Shown here in pieces: positions 48,087 to 59,426 of a stretch of 64,000 nt of DNA. Source of the stretch: Fimbriimonadales bacterium (GTDB taxonomy: Bacteria > Armatimonadota > Fimbriimonadia > Fimbriimonadales > JABRVX01); contig BTVI01000010.1 of NCBI GenBank assembly GCA_045862955.1, positions 27,512 to 91,511 on the forward strand, written 5' to 3'. Position numbers and translations under genes: made by a program. Numbering within the stretch: position 1 is the stretch's first letter; each line of letters opens with the position of its first letter. Below the pieces are notes generated by a model. The model had not been told where the DNA came from and searched no databases. It saw nothing but the letters and a program-made list of their open reading frames with translations.

Positions 48087-50924
48087 TCATCCGATCCGCA
48101 CCGACGTGATACCGTATGCGCGCATGGGCACTACCAACGTGTCACCCACCATCGTCGCTCGCGAGCCGTCTAGGGGTCGCTCCATCAGGTCCACCTCGAC
48201 AGCCGGTGCGCCTGCAGGTACGATCCGTGTCAGCCTTACCCGCGCCTCCACGTCCTTTCCGTCCACCTCGTAGAGTCGGATGATGACGCCCTCACCCTCC
48301 TCTGCGGCCTTCAGCGCTGCCAGTCGGACGTTGGGGGTTAGGACCTCTGCGAAACCGGCAGTCGGTGGGAGACTGCCCCTATGAACGTCGGTGGTGGTGG
48401 TAGTTAGTGGAACGTTGCAGCGTGTGCCCAAGGACATCGCATCGCTGACGGCGCGATCACCTACGTATGGAGCCACCGAGAACCGAATGCTATGACGTCC
48501 TAGGTCGGGCAGTGGGTCGGGGGAGTAACTACCTCGAAGTAGCGTCAGACGCAACGTGCCGTCCTCTGTGCTATGTCCGTACTTGCAGTCGTTGAGGAGC
48601 GTCATGCCGTGCGGTACCCCATCCAACGATCCTGCCAAGTCCGCCCACCGAAGTGCCGGAACTTCGTGCCCGTTCGTTGGACGCGAGATGCTACCAAAGG
48701 GTATTTCATAGCGTGCCTTCGTGTCTGCGAGAGTGGTCGGGAACGCAACGCGCAGCGAGGGCACGCCGGTTTCCGGAGTCCCCCGTTCCAGCCAGTCCGC
48801 AGTCACCGTGAAATCCAGTATCGGGCTGCCCGCATCGAGACTGACTTCCACCTGTAGGGAGGTGTCTCGCCACCTGCGGGTCGTACGCGTTGCAACGCGG
48901 TTGGGTCCGCGATGGATCACTTTCGTTACGCCGCCGTGATCGAGTCGCTCCACGCTCATGATCTGGCTGATCGTCCAGGCTGTCATGTTGTTCGGTGCTT
49001 CTTGCACTCCTTCCAGCACACCTAGCAGCCTGCCTTTCGGCACGAGGTTGCGCCCCGACGCTTTCACTATCAAGCGAGATACCGCACCCGATGCTGTATC
49101 AATCTCTGCCAGAAGGTGCTCGTTCTCTAGCACGAAGTCGCTGGAAATGGTCGCGGCAGACTCGGGACGAAGCGGCTCGGCCGCCCTGTCGAGCACTATC
49201 ACCCGGTACCCGACGGCCGGAATGTCATGGACGGGGAAGATCACGGTCTGGTAGTCGTGTCCCCAATAGCTGCCCGTCTCCAGCACCTGCACCGGCGATC
49301 GGGTCCCCTCATCGTCCACTGCCACGATTCGGTCGGTGGGCCAGTTCCTGTTCCACAACTTGGCACAAGCCATACCAGTCCTAGGTGTGCAGTCCGAGTT
49401 GAACACTAGGATCGGCTCTGGTCCAATCGTGCCGCCGGCATAAGCCGACAGCCCGCTGGGAAGCGAGTTATCACCCACTCCCGCTCCCAATCCCTCGCCG
49501 AGTCCCGCACCCTCGCCCCGTGGCGGTGGTGTTAGGTGGAACGCCTCCGAGGTATCCGCGGCCGCGGCAATCCGACGGAGGGATCGGGTGCGCACGGCAT
49601 TAGCCGCTGCCAGGCACTCCTGATACAGCCCGTTCGCATGGTGTACGGTGTCTGCAGTGCCGGAGCCGGGCAGGATGTCGTGGAACTGATTGAACAGCGC
49701 GATTCTCCAAGCCTTCTCGAGAGACTTCCCAGGATAGGGCATGCCACTAACAACCCCTGCTACCACTGACAGGGTCTCGGCCTCGGGAAGCACGTTCTCG
49801 CACCGCCTGTTACCCAGCTTGATGGTAGCCTGCGACGTGTAGCAGCCCTCGAACACGAAGTTCAACTCGCCGTCGTGTACGGGAATGTGATCGGCGACCG
49901 GCTCGACCGCAGAAAAGTACTCGTCGAGCGTCGAGAGCCTCACAGTGGGATAGATGGGAAGCTGCGCTAGCTCGCGAGCCCGCCGCAGGTCACGCCGTGT
50001 AGGTCCACCACCGTGGTCACCCACACCATACACCCATAGGAAGTCCTTCAGGCCAGTCTCTGACACGTAATCGATGAAGTGCTCGGTCAGCTTGCGGTCG
50101 AAGGCGTGCACATAAGTAGCCTTGTCGTAGAAGGCTAGAACCTTGCTGCCATCGGGTGCTCTCCACCACAGCAGCCACATCTGCGGACCGGTGCGATGTC
50201 GGTAGTAGCGTGTGATTCCACCTCGCGAGAGGATCGCGGGAACGGTATGCGCATGGCCAAAGGTGTCACACGACCAGTCGATCTGGATGGCGTCGAACCC
50301 TATGCCGAACTTCTCGTGCAAGTAACGCCGGGAGTACAAGAGGTGACGGCACAGACTCTCGCCAGACACCAGGTTTCGGTCCCCCTCCACCCATGTCGTC
50401 GCGATGCACTCCCAGTGTCCGTCTCGAATGCGCTCCCTTATCCGTTCGAACACCTCTGGGCAGTGCTCTTCCATGGCAGCGTAGATAGCAGCTTGGCTTT
50501 GGCAGAAGCGGAAGTCCGGGAACTCCTCCATCAACCGGTCCATGGTAGTGAAGGTATCGTGACAGATGCTGACGGTATCCTGCCAAGGCCACATCCAGTT
50601 CATGTCGATGTGCGCGTGTCCACAGGCATGGATCGTGTAAGTCTTCGCCTCCACGCCGATGGGTGCCATAACGCGCTCCGCCTCTTCCGTCGCATGGGCT
50701 AAGTCCGAAGCGACACCGGTACCGACGGCCTCTGCCACCAACCGAACAGCTTGCAGGATGAGGGGCTGCCATTCGGCAGCGCGGTCGGCACGTGCAGCGG
50801 CAAAACGGTGAGCGAAGTCCAGCTGCTCGATGGCTCGAGCTACCGGTGGAGCACCAGCCCATGGAGAGTCGCAGATGCGGCGAAACGCGAGGTCGAACTC
50901 GTCGGCGTATGGCATGGCATTCAC
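48087..50924 (-). CDS. GH38 alpha-mannosidase
   Basis: GHAHIDMNWMW, DTFGH, GVGDHGGG, NQFHDILPG, LNDCKYG. Confidence 0.93.
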   Translation of the reverse strand: MNAMPYADEFDLAFRRICDSPWAGAPPVARAIEQLDFAHRFAAARADRAAEWQPLILQAVRLVAEAVGTGVASDLAHATEEAERVMAPIGVEAKTYTIHACGHAHIDMNWMWPWQDTVSICHDTFTTMDRLMEEFPDFRFCQSQAAIYAAMEEHCPEVFERIRERIRDGHWECIATTWVEGDRNLVSGESLCRHLLYSRRYLHEKFGIGFDAIQIDWSCDTFGHAHTVPAILSRGGITRYYRHRTGPQMWLLWWRAPDGSKVLAFYDKATYVHAFDRKLTEHFIDYVSETGLKDFLWVYGVGDHGGGPTRRDLRRARELAQLPIYPTVRLSTLDEYFSAVEPVADHIPVHDGELNFVFEGCYTSQATIKLGNRRCENVLPEAETLSVVAGVVSGMPYPGKSLEKAWRIALFNQFHDILPGSGTADTVHHANGLYQECLAAANAVRTRSLRRIAAAADTSEAFHLTPPPRGEGAGLGEGLGAGVGDNSLPSGLSAYAGGTIGPEPILVFNSDCTPRTGMACAKLWNRNWPTDRIVAVDDEGTRSPVQVLETGSYWGHDYQTVIFPVHDIPAVGYRVIVLDRAAEPLRPESAATISSDFVLENEHLLAEIDTASGAVSRLIVKASGRNLVPKGRLLGVLEGVQEAPNNMTAWTISQIMSVERLDHGGVTKVIHRGPNRVATRTTRRWRDTSLQVEVSLDAGSPILDFTVTADWLERGTPETGVPSLRVAFPTTLADTKARYEIPFGSISRPTNGHEVPALRWADLAGSLDGVPHGMTLLNDCKYGHSTEDGTLRLTLLRGSYSPDPLPDLGRHSIRFSVAPYVGDRAVSDAMSLGTRCNVPLTTTTTDVHRGSLPPTAGFAEVLTPNVRLAALKAAEEGEGVIIRLYEVDGKDVEARVRLTRIVPAGAPAVEVDLMERPLDGSRATMVGDTLVVPMRAYGITSVRIG

Positions 50925-51015
50925 CCTCAGACAGTATGGGACGGCAGTGCCGCACTGCCTGCATTCTCTGGCGGCGGAAGGCCTCCTGCGGGGCAGGGAC
51001 CCTCGCGCGCGGGGG

Positions 51016-53256
51016 CTACCGACTCGGGTGGAACCGCCAAACGCTGTCGCCCTGGACGAAGCGGGCGGGCAAGCCGCCCACTACCTTGCCAGAACGATCC
51101 AGCACCACCGCGGCAGCATGGTCTACGCCGGTGGGCCCCAACCGCAGCTCCGTCGCGAACACGACAAACCGTGGTTTGACGCCTGAGATCTCCACGACAG
51201 CCGCGGCGAAGCACTCGTCGGCAGCGAAGCTCTGCCCACCCACCGTGACGAAGCCCGCCGTGAAGACGAGTGGGCACTGAGCCGCGCGCCTGTCCCAAAC
51301 AGGATTCGTGTCCGGGCTGCCAAGCAGGATCAGGCTCTTCTCCGCCAGCTCCTCCTCCTTGACGTCCTCGGCAACCACCGCCGTTACGTCTCGAAACGGC
51401 GCGAGAAGGGCGCCGACGCGTTCCTGCATCGCTCGCGGCACCACGACTACCGTGTCCGGCCGCCGCAAGAAGGTGTCCAGACTGGTAAGGGTCAGAGGCT
51501 GTCCGTCAGGATCGAAGGAGCGCGGAATCAGCAGATACGGATCGAACGCGATCGAGACCGGATAGAAGGGAAGCTCGATGCTTACTGCCGTGGAATCCGA
51601 TGAGACCTGCAGCTTCCCACTCCAGGTTCGGCCGCGCGGGCCCACCGCGAGCAGATCGAGGTCGAGATTGTAGATGGGAGAGCCCTGTTCGAGAGTGCCC
51701 GTGATCGTTACCTTGTCCTGGCCTTCCAGCAACTTCAGGTCGGCCCATACCAGGTCCGGCAGTCCTGGCCTGCGGACCCACTCGTCGAAGAAAGACTTCA
51801 TCTCCTTCCCGGCTGCCTTCGCTACTGCACGCTCGAAGTCCGGCCAGGTGGCAACGCCGCCTTCGGCCACGCTGCTCCGAAAGCCCCGCAGCGCTTTCAG
51901 CATGGTGTCGAACCCGATTACGCGCTCGAGGTGGGTAAGAACCATGGGGCCTTTCAGCCTTGCAACGGTCGCTTGGCGGAGGGCGGTCATGTCGGAGCAG
52001 TCCGTCAGCGCGAACTCCTCCCATCCCGCCAGCAGCCGACCTGCCGGACGAGGAGAGTTCATGATGTCGAGGACGGCAGGGGCATCCTCCGAAGGTCGTC
52101 GGCGATATAGAGTCCAAGAGTAACTGGCGAAGGCTTCCGACCAGAACCCGGTCGCTCCGGTGTCAGGAACCGCGCCTCCCCACCACGCGAGCGCAACGTC
52201 TCGCAGCGATGGTCGCTCGAACACACCGCGGTGCCACACGATGACGTTTCCTGCGGCGGTGCGCGTGGCAGTTTGAGGGGCCTCGACGAAATGAAAGCCT
52301 TCCCACGGCAGAGGTCCGAACCAGCCCTCGAATCGCCCCACCACCGGTGCTGCCTCCGCTAGCAACTGCTCCGCGACTTGCTGCCCGCCAGAAAAGACCC
52401 ACGCGGTGAGCGTCCTTGCACCCTGTCTCTTGGTCACTTGGAGATAAGGACCCGCACAAAACACGACGCGTCCCGAAACAGCTTCCGTGGTGAACTCGAA
52501 CCGCGTGCCTGTTTCGGAATCGGTACGCGAAGCGAGAGTGCCTGTGGCAACGGCTACCCAACCCTTGGGCAAGCTGGCGTGCAACCGATACCCAACGGGC
52601 TCTAGTCCACACCTGGGCACCCAACGTTCCACGAGACCGACGCCGGTCTCTCCGGCCCAGAGGCCGGGTGCGGCTGCCGGCGCTGCCTCGTAAGCGATGC
52701 GGAATTGCACACGATTGGCGATAGGCTTGGGCAACGCGATATAGCTACCCGACCGGACCGGCTGAACCGGCGCGTCTGCCACCCTGACTTCGGTGACCTT
52801 CAGGCTCGGGTGCAGGCGGAGGATCGGGTCGCCGGCAGGGGTGTCCTCGTATTCGAGCGAGCCCTCGCAGACTAGCGTGACCTGGCCACCCGGAGCTGCG
52901 CAACTTACGGTCACCTCTTGACCCGTAACTCGGTAACCGAACGTTTCGTACTCGGGATACGCCTCGCCTATTCGGCCTTCTCGCACGGGATGGAGACGCT
53001 CCCGGTCCGTTCCCGCAAAGACGCGAACGTATTCGGTACCGCTGGGTGTTCGGAAGGGCTCTACCGACCACTCGAGGTCGGGAGCCGACCGCAGTGCATA
53101 GCCACACACCTTCTCCGGGTCGCCTGCAACGAGCGGGGCAAGGGCCTTCGCGTCGCGCGCCGACAGGGCTGCCTGAACCCGCTCCGCCAGGGTGTCGGAG
53201 CGGCCCGGAACTCCCAGCAGAACGATGCCGAAAAGCACAGAAACCACCATGTGCAT
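51016..53256 (-). CDS. Secreted M1-aminopeptidase-fold protein lacking HEXXH
   Basis: PKGWVAVATG, RDVALAWWGG...WSEAFASY, KGPMVL, FFDEWV..PGLP. Confidence 0.7.
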   Translation of the reverse strand: MHMVVSVLFGIVLLGVPGRSDTLAERVQAALSARDAKALAPLVAGDPEKVCGYALRSAPDLEWSVEPFRTPSGTEYVRVFAGTDRERLHPVREGRIGEAYPEYETFGYRVTGQEVTVSCAAPGGQVTLVCEGSLEYEDTPAGDPILRLHPSLKVTEVRVADAPVQPVRSGSYIALPKPIANRVQFRIAYEAAPAAAPGLWAGETGVGLVERWVPRCGLEPVGYRLHASLPKGWVAVATGTLASRTDSETGTRFEFTTEAVSGRVVFCAGPYLQVTKRQGARTLTAWVFSGGQQVAEQLLAEAAPVVGRFEGWFGPLPWEGFHFVEAPQTATRTAAGNVIVWHRGVFERPSLRDVALAWWGGAVPDTGATGFWSEAFASYSWTLYRRRPSEDAPAVLDIMNSPRPAGRLLAGWEEFALTDCSDMTALRQATVARLKGPMVLTHLERVIGFDTMLKALRGFRSSVAEGGVATWPDFERAVAKAAGKEMKSFFDEWVRRPGLPDLVWADLKLLEGQDKVTITGTLEQGSPIYNLDLDLLAVGPRGRTWSGKLQVSSDSTAVSIELPFYPVSIAFDPYLLIPRSFDPDGQPLTLTSLDTFLRRPDTVVVVPRAMQERVGALLAPFRDVTAVVAEDVKEEELAEKSLILLGSPDTNPVWDRRAAQCPLVFTAGFVTVGGQSFAADECFAAAVVEISGVKPRFVVFATELRLGPTGVDHAAAVVLDRSGKVVGGLPARFVQGDSVWRFHPSR

Positions 53257-53364
53257 GGGTACGATGATTCTCGTGCTCGATGTGCCGTTCCTGCCGCTTC
53301 GGGCCATTTGCTGCAGGTGGGAACGCGCCAGCCTTTCAATACGTAAATCATTTATAGCAAAAGA

Positions 53365-53385
53365 CTTGACAATGAGGCACTCAAG
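53365..53385 (+). promoter_or_regulatory. HAIR-like (HspR) operator upstream of clpB
   Basis: CTTGACA-N7-ACTCAAG versus consensus CTTGAGT-N7-ACTCAAG. Confidence 0.7.
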
Positions 53386-53422
53386 TGGCCTCCAAACCTA
53401 GAACTCCCCGGAGTGTCGCCAG

Positions 53423-56026
53423 ATGAGATTCGACAAGCTAACCCTCAAGGCGCAGGAAGCCCTGCAAAGCGCGCAGAGCATCGCCGAAGCACGCCATCAC
53501 CAAGAGATCGGCGCCGGCCATCTCCTCGTGGCTCTCTTGCAGCAGCCCGAGGGCGCGGTTCGTCCCGTGTTGCAGAAAATGGGAGTCCTCCCAGACACCC
53601 TGCTCGCCCAGGTGAACGCCGAGCTGGACCGCCAGCCACAGGTGCACGGTGTGGCTGCGGGTGGACATATCGGCGACGACCTGCGCAAGGTGATGGAGAC
53701 CGCCTTCGACGAGGCCGAGAAGCTCGGCGACGAGTACGTAGGTACCGAGATCCTTCTGCTGGGCCTGGTGACGGAGACCAGCTCGGCTGTCGGCCGGATG
53801 CTCCGGGCCTCAGGGGTGCAACGAGAAGCACTGCTCGAGGCCATTCGGCAGGTTCGAGGTGGCGAGCGCGTCACCGACCAGTCGCCCGAAGAGAAATACC
53901 AGGCGCTGGAGAAGTACGGGCGTGACCTTACGGATGCGGCGCGAAAGGGCAAGTTGGACCCGGTTGTCGGGAGGGACGATGAGATCAGACGCGTCGTGCA
54001 AGTGCTGTCGCGCCGAACCAAGAACAATCCGGTGCTCATCGGCGAGCCGGGTGTGGGAAAGACGGCAATTGTCGAAGGGCTGGCGCAGCGCATCGTCGCG
54101 GGTGACGTCCCGGAGACACTGAAGGACAAGAGTGTGGTCGCCCTCGACATGGGTGCGCTCATTGCAGGGGCCAAGTATCGCGGTGAGTTCGAAGACCGTC
54201 TGAAGGCCGTTCTGAACGAGATAAAGAAGGCTGAGGGCCGCATCATTCTCTTCATTGATGAGATGCACACGCTGGTAGGTGCGGGTCGGGCCGAAGGCTC
54301 CATGGATGCGGCGAACCTCCTCAAGCCCATGCTTGCCCGCGGGGAGCTGCGGTGTGTCGGTGCCACGACGCTGGACGAGTACCGAAAGCATGTGGAGAAG
54401 GATGCTGCACTCGAGCGCCGCTTCCAGCCGGTGTTCGTCGGCGAGCCGAGCGTCGAGGACACCATCGCCATTCTGCGTGGGTTGAAGGAGCGGTACGAGG
54501 TGCACCACGGCGTGCGCATCACCAACAGCGCCATCGTAGCTGCCGCGACGCTCTCCGACCGGTACATCTCCGATCGCTTCCTGCCGGACAAGGCGATCGA
54601 CCTGATGGACGAAGCCGCGTCCCGGCTTCGCATGGAGATCGACTCGATGCCGGTGGAGATCGACGAACTCGTGCGCCGCGTGCGCTCGCTGGAGATCGAG
54701 CGTGAGGCCCTGAAGAAGGAAGAGGATCAACGCAGTAAGGAGCGGCTCGAGGCGCTGGAGCGAGAGCTGGTGGAGCTACGCGAGAAGCAATCGGCGCTGA
54801 TGGCTCAGTGGCAGAACGAGAAGGAAGTGATTACACGGATCCGCGAGCTGAAGACACAGCTCGAAGAAGCCAAGGCCGAGGAAGTGGCGGCCGAGCGTGA
54901 GGGCAACCTCAGCCGTGCCGCCGAGCTTCGCTATGGCCGCATCCTGGAGCTTCAGGCCCAACTCGAGGCCGAGCAGGACCGCCTGGCGCAGCTCCAGCAG
55001 ACCACGCGGATGCTGAAGGAAGAGGTGGACGAAGAGGACATCGCCGAGGTGGTGGCCAAGTGGACGGGCATCCCCGTCACGCGCCTGATCGAGTCCGAAA
55101 TCCAGAAGCTTCTGAAGATGGAAGACCGACTGCATGAGCGCGTGGTGGGCCAGGACAGGGCCGTGCGCGTCGTCTCTGATGCGGTGCGACGCAGCCGCAG
55201 TGGCCTTGCCGATCCCAACCGGCCTATCGGCTCGTTCCTGTTCCTCGGACCGACCGGCGTCGGGAAGACGGAGCTCGCCAAAGCACTCGCCGAGTTCCTG
55301 TTCGACGACGAGCGCAACATGGTGCGCATCGATATGTCCGAGTATCAGGAGAAGCATACGGTGGCGCGTCTCATCGGCGCCCCGCCGGGCTACGTAGGCT
55401 ACGAAGAGGGCGGACAGCTCACCGAAGCCGTCCGGCGTCGGCCACACAGCGTAATCCTGCTCGACGAGATCGAGAAGGCACACCCAGAAGTGTTTAACGT
55501 GCTGTTGCAGGTTCTCGACGACGGACGGTTGACGGACGGCCAAGGACGCACCGTGGACTTCAAGAACACGGTGCTGATCATGACGAGTAACGTGGGCTCG
55601 CATCTCTATGGCGATGCACCGATGGGCAGTGTGGAAGAAGTGTGGCCGCGAGTCCAGGATGCGCTGCGGCAGGCATTTCGTCCGGAATTCCTAAACCGCA
55701 TAGACGAGATCGTGCTGTTCAACGGACTGGGCGTGGAGGAGATCAAGCGCATCGTGGATCTGCAACTGCGCCTGGTGCGCGAGCGCCTGCGTGATCGCCG
55801 GATCGAGCTGGATGTTACGGACGCCGCTCGCTCGGAGCTGGCTGCGCGTGGCTACGATCCGACCTACGGCGCTCGCCCGCTGAAGCGCGTGATTCAACGC
55901 GAGATCCTCAATCCGCTTGCGGAGAAAGTGCTCTCGGGCGAAGTGCGCGACGGCCAGACCGTGACCGTTGACCTGCGCGACGGCACGTTCACCTTCGAAG
56001 CCGCCTACACCGCCGAACCCGTCTAA
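53423..56026 (+). CDS. clpB: Chaperone ClpB
   Basis: Two AAA modules ([16 protein letters not shown]), long coiled-coil M domain, GARPLKR. Confidence 0.97.
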   Translation: MRFDKLTLKAQEALQSAQSIAEARHHQEIGAGHLLVALLQQPEGAVRPVLQKMGVLPDTLLAQVNAELDRQPQVHGVAAGGHIGDDLRKVMETAFDEAEKLGDEYVGTEILLLGLVTETSSAVGRMLRASGVQREALLEAIRQVRGGERVTDQSPEEKYQALEKYGRDLTDAARKGKLDPVVGRDDEIRRVVQVLSRRTKNNPVLIGEPGVGKTAIVEGLAQRIVAGDVPETLKDKSVVALDMGALIAGAKYRGEFEDRLKAVLNEIKKAEGRIILFIDEMHTLVGAGRAEGSMDAANLLKPMLARGELRCVGATTLDEYRKHVEKDAALERRFQPVFVGEPSVEDTIAILRGLKERYEVHHGVRITNSAIVAAATLSDRYISDRFLPDKAIDLMDEAASRLRMEIDSMPVEIDELVRRVRSLEIEREALKKEEDQRSKERLEALERELVELREKQSALMAQWQNEKEVITRIRELKTQLEEAKAEEVAAEREGNLSRAAELRYGRILELQAQLEAEQDRLAQLQQTTRMLKEEVDEEDIAEVVAKWTGIPVTRLIESEIQKLLKMEDRLHERVVGQDRAVRVVSDAVRRSRSGLADPNRPIGSFLFLGPTGVGKTELAKALAEFLFDDERNMVRIDMSEYQEKHTVARLIGAPPGYVGYEEGGQLTEAVRRRPHSVILLDEIEKAHPEVFNVLLQVLDDGRLTDGQGRTVDFKNTVLIMTSNVGSHLYGDAPMGSVEEVWPRVQDALRQAFRPEFLNRIDEIVLFNGLGVEEIKRIVDLQLRLVRERLRDRRIELDVTDAARSELAARGYDPTYGARPLKRVIQREILNPLAEKVLSGEVRDGQTVTVDLRDGTFTFEAAYTAEPV

Positions 56027-56052
56027 TACCTAGGTGTGAGTGCGGCCTCCCT

Positions 56053-56275
56053 CTCCCCGGTCCTCAGTGCTTGGACCGGGGACATAGGCAACAGGTGTAC
56101 GGTGATATCGGGAGCGCTTTCGGAGAACCGCTGCGACCTCGGCGACGGCTTTGTGATCTTTGCGTGACAATCCGAGCCCCGTCCTACGGCTGCGCTGCCG
56201 CATCTGGGCTGTAGCACCAACCCTGTGCTGAGATCTCACGCTGAGCACGCAGAGGTCCGCAGAGAGCGCAATGGA
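56053..56275. repeat. Terminator-like hairpin plus degenerate CGCAGAG/CTCTGCG-type inverted repeats
   Basis: TCCCCGGTCC..GGACCGGGGA; CTTTGCGTGA versus TCACGCTGAGCACGCAGAGGTCCGCAGAG. Confidence 0.45.
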
Positions 56276-56515
56276 GTCGAGCCTTGCATTCCGGGCCGGA
56301 CGGATTTCACAACGTCTCCAAGTGTGATCGCGGAGGAGACTGCGGCAAAGGGGCCGTGGTAACCCCGGCGGTGCTAGCATAGAGACACGGATAGGCAAGT
56401 GCAAGATGCTTGGTGGGACGTGGGCAGTCCCAGATGTGCCGGCCGCGGCCTGCACACGGCTCGGGTATCCTAGCTCCGGGTTAGGGAGGCCGGAGGCAGA
56501 CCAAGGAGGGCAAGC

Positions 56516-57589
56516 GTGGCCAAGAAGAAGATCGGCATTGGCATCATCGGCACCGGAGGCATCGCCGTTTCGACGCACATGCCGGGGTTCAAGAAGCTCG
56601 AGAGCGAGTGCGAGATCGTCGCCGTCGCCGATGTGGATGAGAAGGCCGTCCGAGCGGCGGCCGAAAAGTTCGAAGTCCCCAACGTCTATACTGACTACAA
56701 GAAGTTGATCGCCGATCCCGCCGTGGACGCGGTCAGTATTTGCACCCCCAACTACCTGCACGCAGACCCGGCCGTCGCGGCGTTCAAAGCCGGCAAGCAC
56801 GTGCTGTGCGAGAAGCCGCTCGCGCGCAACGCCGAGGAGGGCCGCAAGATGGTGAAGGCAGCGCGCGACGCAGGCAAGATCCTTCAGGTCGCGTTGCAGT
56901 GGCGCTTCACCTCGCACGCACAATACCTCAAGCGGTTCATCGATGCGGGCAAACTCGGCCCCGTGTACTACGCACGCGCCCAGGCACTCAGGCGACGGGG
57001 CATCCCGAGCTGGGGAGTGTTCACCGACAAGGAGAAGCAGGGCGGAGGGCCGCTGATCGACATCGGCGTGCACATCCTCGATCTCACCCTCTTCCTCATG
57101 GGCTACCCGAAGGCCGTATCTACTCTAGGCAAGACTTTCGTCAAGTTCGGGGACAAGCCGAACGTGGTTGGTTTGTTCGGCAAGTGGGACTACAAGAACT
57201 TCACGGTCGAGGATTTCGCCGTCGGGTACATCCGCTTCGAAAATGGCGCGGTGGTGGTGTTGGAAAGCAGCTTCTGCGCCAATATCAAGAATGACGTGTT
57301 CGCGACGGAGATCCTCGGTGAGAAGGCCGGAGTTCGCCTCCAGCCTATGGACGAGCCGCCTGTCGAGCTCTACACCGAGGCAGACGGCGCGCTGGTGGAC
57401 CAGAGACCGGTCTTCTTGCCAAAAGTGAATCCATACGATGCAGAGACCGCCGCGTTCGTGGAAGCAATTCGAAAGGGCAAGCCCTCGCCCGTACCGGGGG
57501 AGCAAGGGTTGATGCTGAATGCCATCTTCGATGCACTGTACAAGAGCTCGGAGACGGGCAAGGAGGAACCGGTAGACCTGCGGGTATAG
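56516..57589 (+). CDS. Gfo/Idh/MocA oxidoreductase
   Basis: GIIGTGGIA, CEKP, GGGPLIDIGVH. Confidence 0.93.
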   Translation: MAKKKIGIGIIGTGGIAVSTHMPGFKKLESECEIVAVADVDEKAVRAAAEKFEVPNVYTDYKKLIADPAVDAVSICTPNYLHADPAVAAFKAGKHVLCEKPLARNAEEGRKMVKAARDAGKILQVALQWRFTSHAQYLKRFIDAGKLGPVYYARAQALRRRGIPSWGVFTDKEKQGGGPLIDIGVHILDLTLFLMGYPKAVSTLGKTFVKFGDKPNVVGLFGKWDYKNFTVEDFAVGYIRFENGAVVVLESSFCANIKNDVFATEILGEKAGVRLQPMDEPPVELYTEADGALVDQRPVFLPKVNPYDAETAAFVEAIRKGKPSPVPGEQGLMLNAIFDALYKSSETGKEEPVDLRV

Positions 57590-57595
57590 GTGCCT

Positions 57596-58294
57596 ATGAG
57601 CTCGAGATTGCGAATCCTGCTAATTGTGCTGGGGATGTTGACGGCGCTCGGCGCCTGGTCCCAGGGCCAGGTGGCCGGGTATGTCGCCGTCGTGAAGAAA
57701 GATTGCGGCATCTTCGCGGAGAAGAGCTCCAACTCTCAGAAATACTTCTCGGCTAAGCCCGGCATGCAGCTCGTCGTTCGAGTGGTGGAGGAGCCATGGG
57801 CGGGAGTGGTGATGGCGGACGGCCGGCTCGGCTGGATCAAAGCAGCATTCGTGGACGTCACCGACTACGTAGCCTATTGGCCCGAGCAGGGACCGCCTCG
57901 CGAGCAGCAGCAGCTCGCATCTCGGAAAGGTGACAAGATCGTCGAAGAAGCCCGCAAGTATGTAGGCACGCCCTACGTGTGGGGCGGCAACGACCTGCAG
58001 AAGGGCGTGGACTGCTCGGGCTTCGTTAAGAAGCTGTATGGGCAGATCGGCGAGAACCTACCACGCACTGCCGCGGAGCAAGCCAAGGTGGGAACACCCA
58101 TCCTGCGCCTAGAGGAGCTTCAGCCCGGTGACCGCCTCTATTTCTGCGATGCCTCGCGAACACGCATCTCCCACACGGGCATCTACATGGGCGGCGGGAA
58201 TTTCATCCACTCTGCCCGGTCGAAGGGCGGCGTGTCGGTTGACACACTCTTCGACGCGAAGTGGCGCAACAAACTAGTAGCCGCCAGGCGATAG
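57596..58294 (+). CDS. SH3 + NlpC/P60 cell-wall peptidase
   Basis: Signal peptide, GWI, GTPYVWGG, DCSGF, HTGIY, FIHS. Confidence 0.92.
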   Translation: MSSRLRILLIVLGMLTALGAWSQGQVAGYVAVVKKDCGIFAEKSSNSQKYFSAKPGMQLVVRVVEEPWAGVVMADGRLGWIKAAFVDVTDYVAYWPEQGPPREQQQLASRKGDKIVEEARKYVGTPYVWGGNDLQKGVDCSGFVKKLYGQIGENLPRTAAEQAKVGTPILRLEELQPGDRLYFCDASRTRISHTGIYMGGGNFIHSARSKGGVSVDTLFDAKWRNKLVAARR

Positions 58295-58297
58295 TCC

Positions 58298-59305
58298 TTA
58301 TCGCTCGGATGCGGGCTTTCCTCTCAGTATACGGCTGAGGAACTCTGCGTCATCGAAACGACCGCCGCCAAACAGCGGCCCTTGACGCACTACTACCAGA
58401 TTTCGCGAACGTATGACGTACAGCCGTTGCTTCCCTAATCCTGCGGCAGTAAGTATGTCCTTCGGCACCCACGAGTGCTCGAGCAGCTTGCTCAGCTCTG
58501 TGCGAACGAGAGGGATGTCACGCTTGTGTTGCTCGGTCACCGGCTTGGCCAACCACCATGTCAGGCCATACGCAGGGTTCTGCGGAGTGCCTTTCGCCAG
58601 TTCGTCGAACAGCGACGCCCGAACGATCTGCTTGCCGCCGAGCCTGCCCTTTAGACGCACCCACTCTCCGAAGGTAGCCCAGTCGCGGGCGGTCATCGCA
58701 GCCCCGCCCGCCACCTGGGGGTTACCGTCGGCGTTTCGAATTCTCCACTCGACCTTCACATGCAGAGGCCGGAAGACACGACGTTCTAGATACGACTCGA
58801 AAGTCTCCCCTTTTAGCTTCCGCTGGAGTGCTTCGGCAAATGCGATGAGATGGGTGGAGCCGTACTCGAACTTCTTCCCGGGGGCCGACTGCGAGGGCCG
58901 CTGGATGATCTGCTTCCATGTGTAAATGCGGTCTCTGCCAAGGGGTAGCCCAGGGTCCAGTCCGCTCGTCATTGTTAGCAGCTGCCGATAGGTGATCTTG
59001 GATTTCTGCCGATCCTTTTTCCACTCCGTCAGCGACTCGCGGGCGTAGTCGTCCAGCCGGATGAGCCCATCTTCGACCGCGGCGATCGCAGCGATGCCTA
59101 CGAAGCTCTTGCTACCACTTGCTAGCATCTGGAGTCGTTTTTCCGAGCCTCCTGCAGCGTACCGCTCGAACACCCGGTTGCCGTTGTGAAGGACTACCAT
59201 GGTTTGACCGCCGCGCGACCTGCTATATTCCCATGCTGCCTCCATGGCAGCCCTCTCGGGTGCACCCTGCAACAGAACCAGTGTCAGCAGAAGTACCGAT
59301 GTCAT
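58298..59305 (-). CDS. Beta-lactamase-like serine hydrolase
   Basis: SGSK (SxxK), LLTMTSG, FEYG, YGLTWW. Confidence 0.88.
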   Translation of the reverse strand: MTSVLLLTLVLLQGAPERAAMEAAWEYSRSRGGQTMVVLHNGNRVFERYAAGGSEKRLQMLASGSKSFVGIAAIAAVEDGLIRLDDYARESLTEWKKDRQKSKITYRQLLTMTSGLDPGLPLGRDRIYTWKQIIQRPSQSAPGKKFEYGSTHLIAFAEALQRKLKGETFESYLERRVFRPLHVKVEWRIRNADGNPQVAGGAAMTARDWATFGEWVRLKGRLGGKQIVRASLFDELAKGTPQNPAYGLTWWLAKPVTEQHKRDIPLVRTELSKLLEHSWVPKDILTAAGLGKQRLYVIRSRNLVVVRQGPLFGGGRFDDAEFLSRILRGKPASER

Positions 59306-59426
59306 GTCCTGCCCTCCAGAGATCTCTTCTTAGCGCATGTACGCTGGCAAGTGCTGCGAGTTCGGCTGCATCGCCAATGCAGGTATCTTGCCCCCGACAC
59401 CCGCAGAGGATGGGTCACTGGCGACG

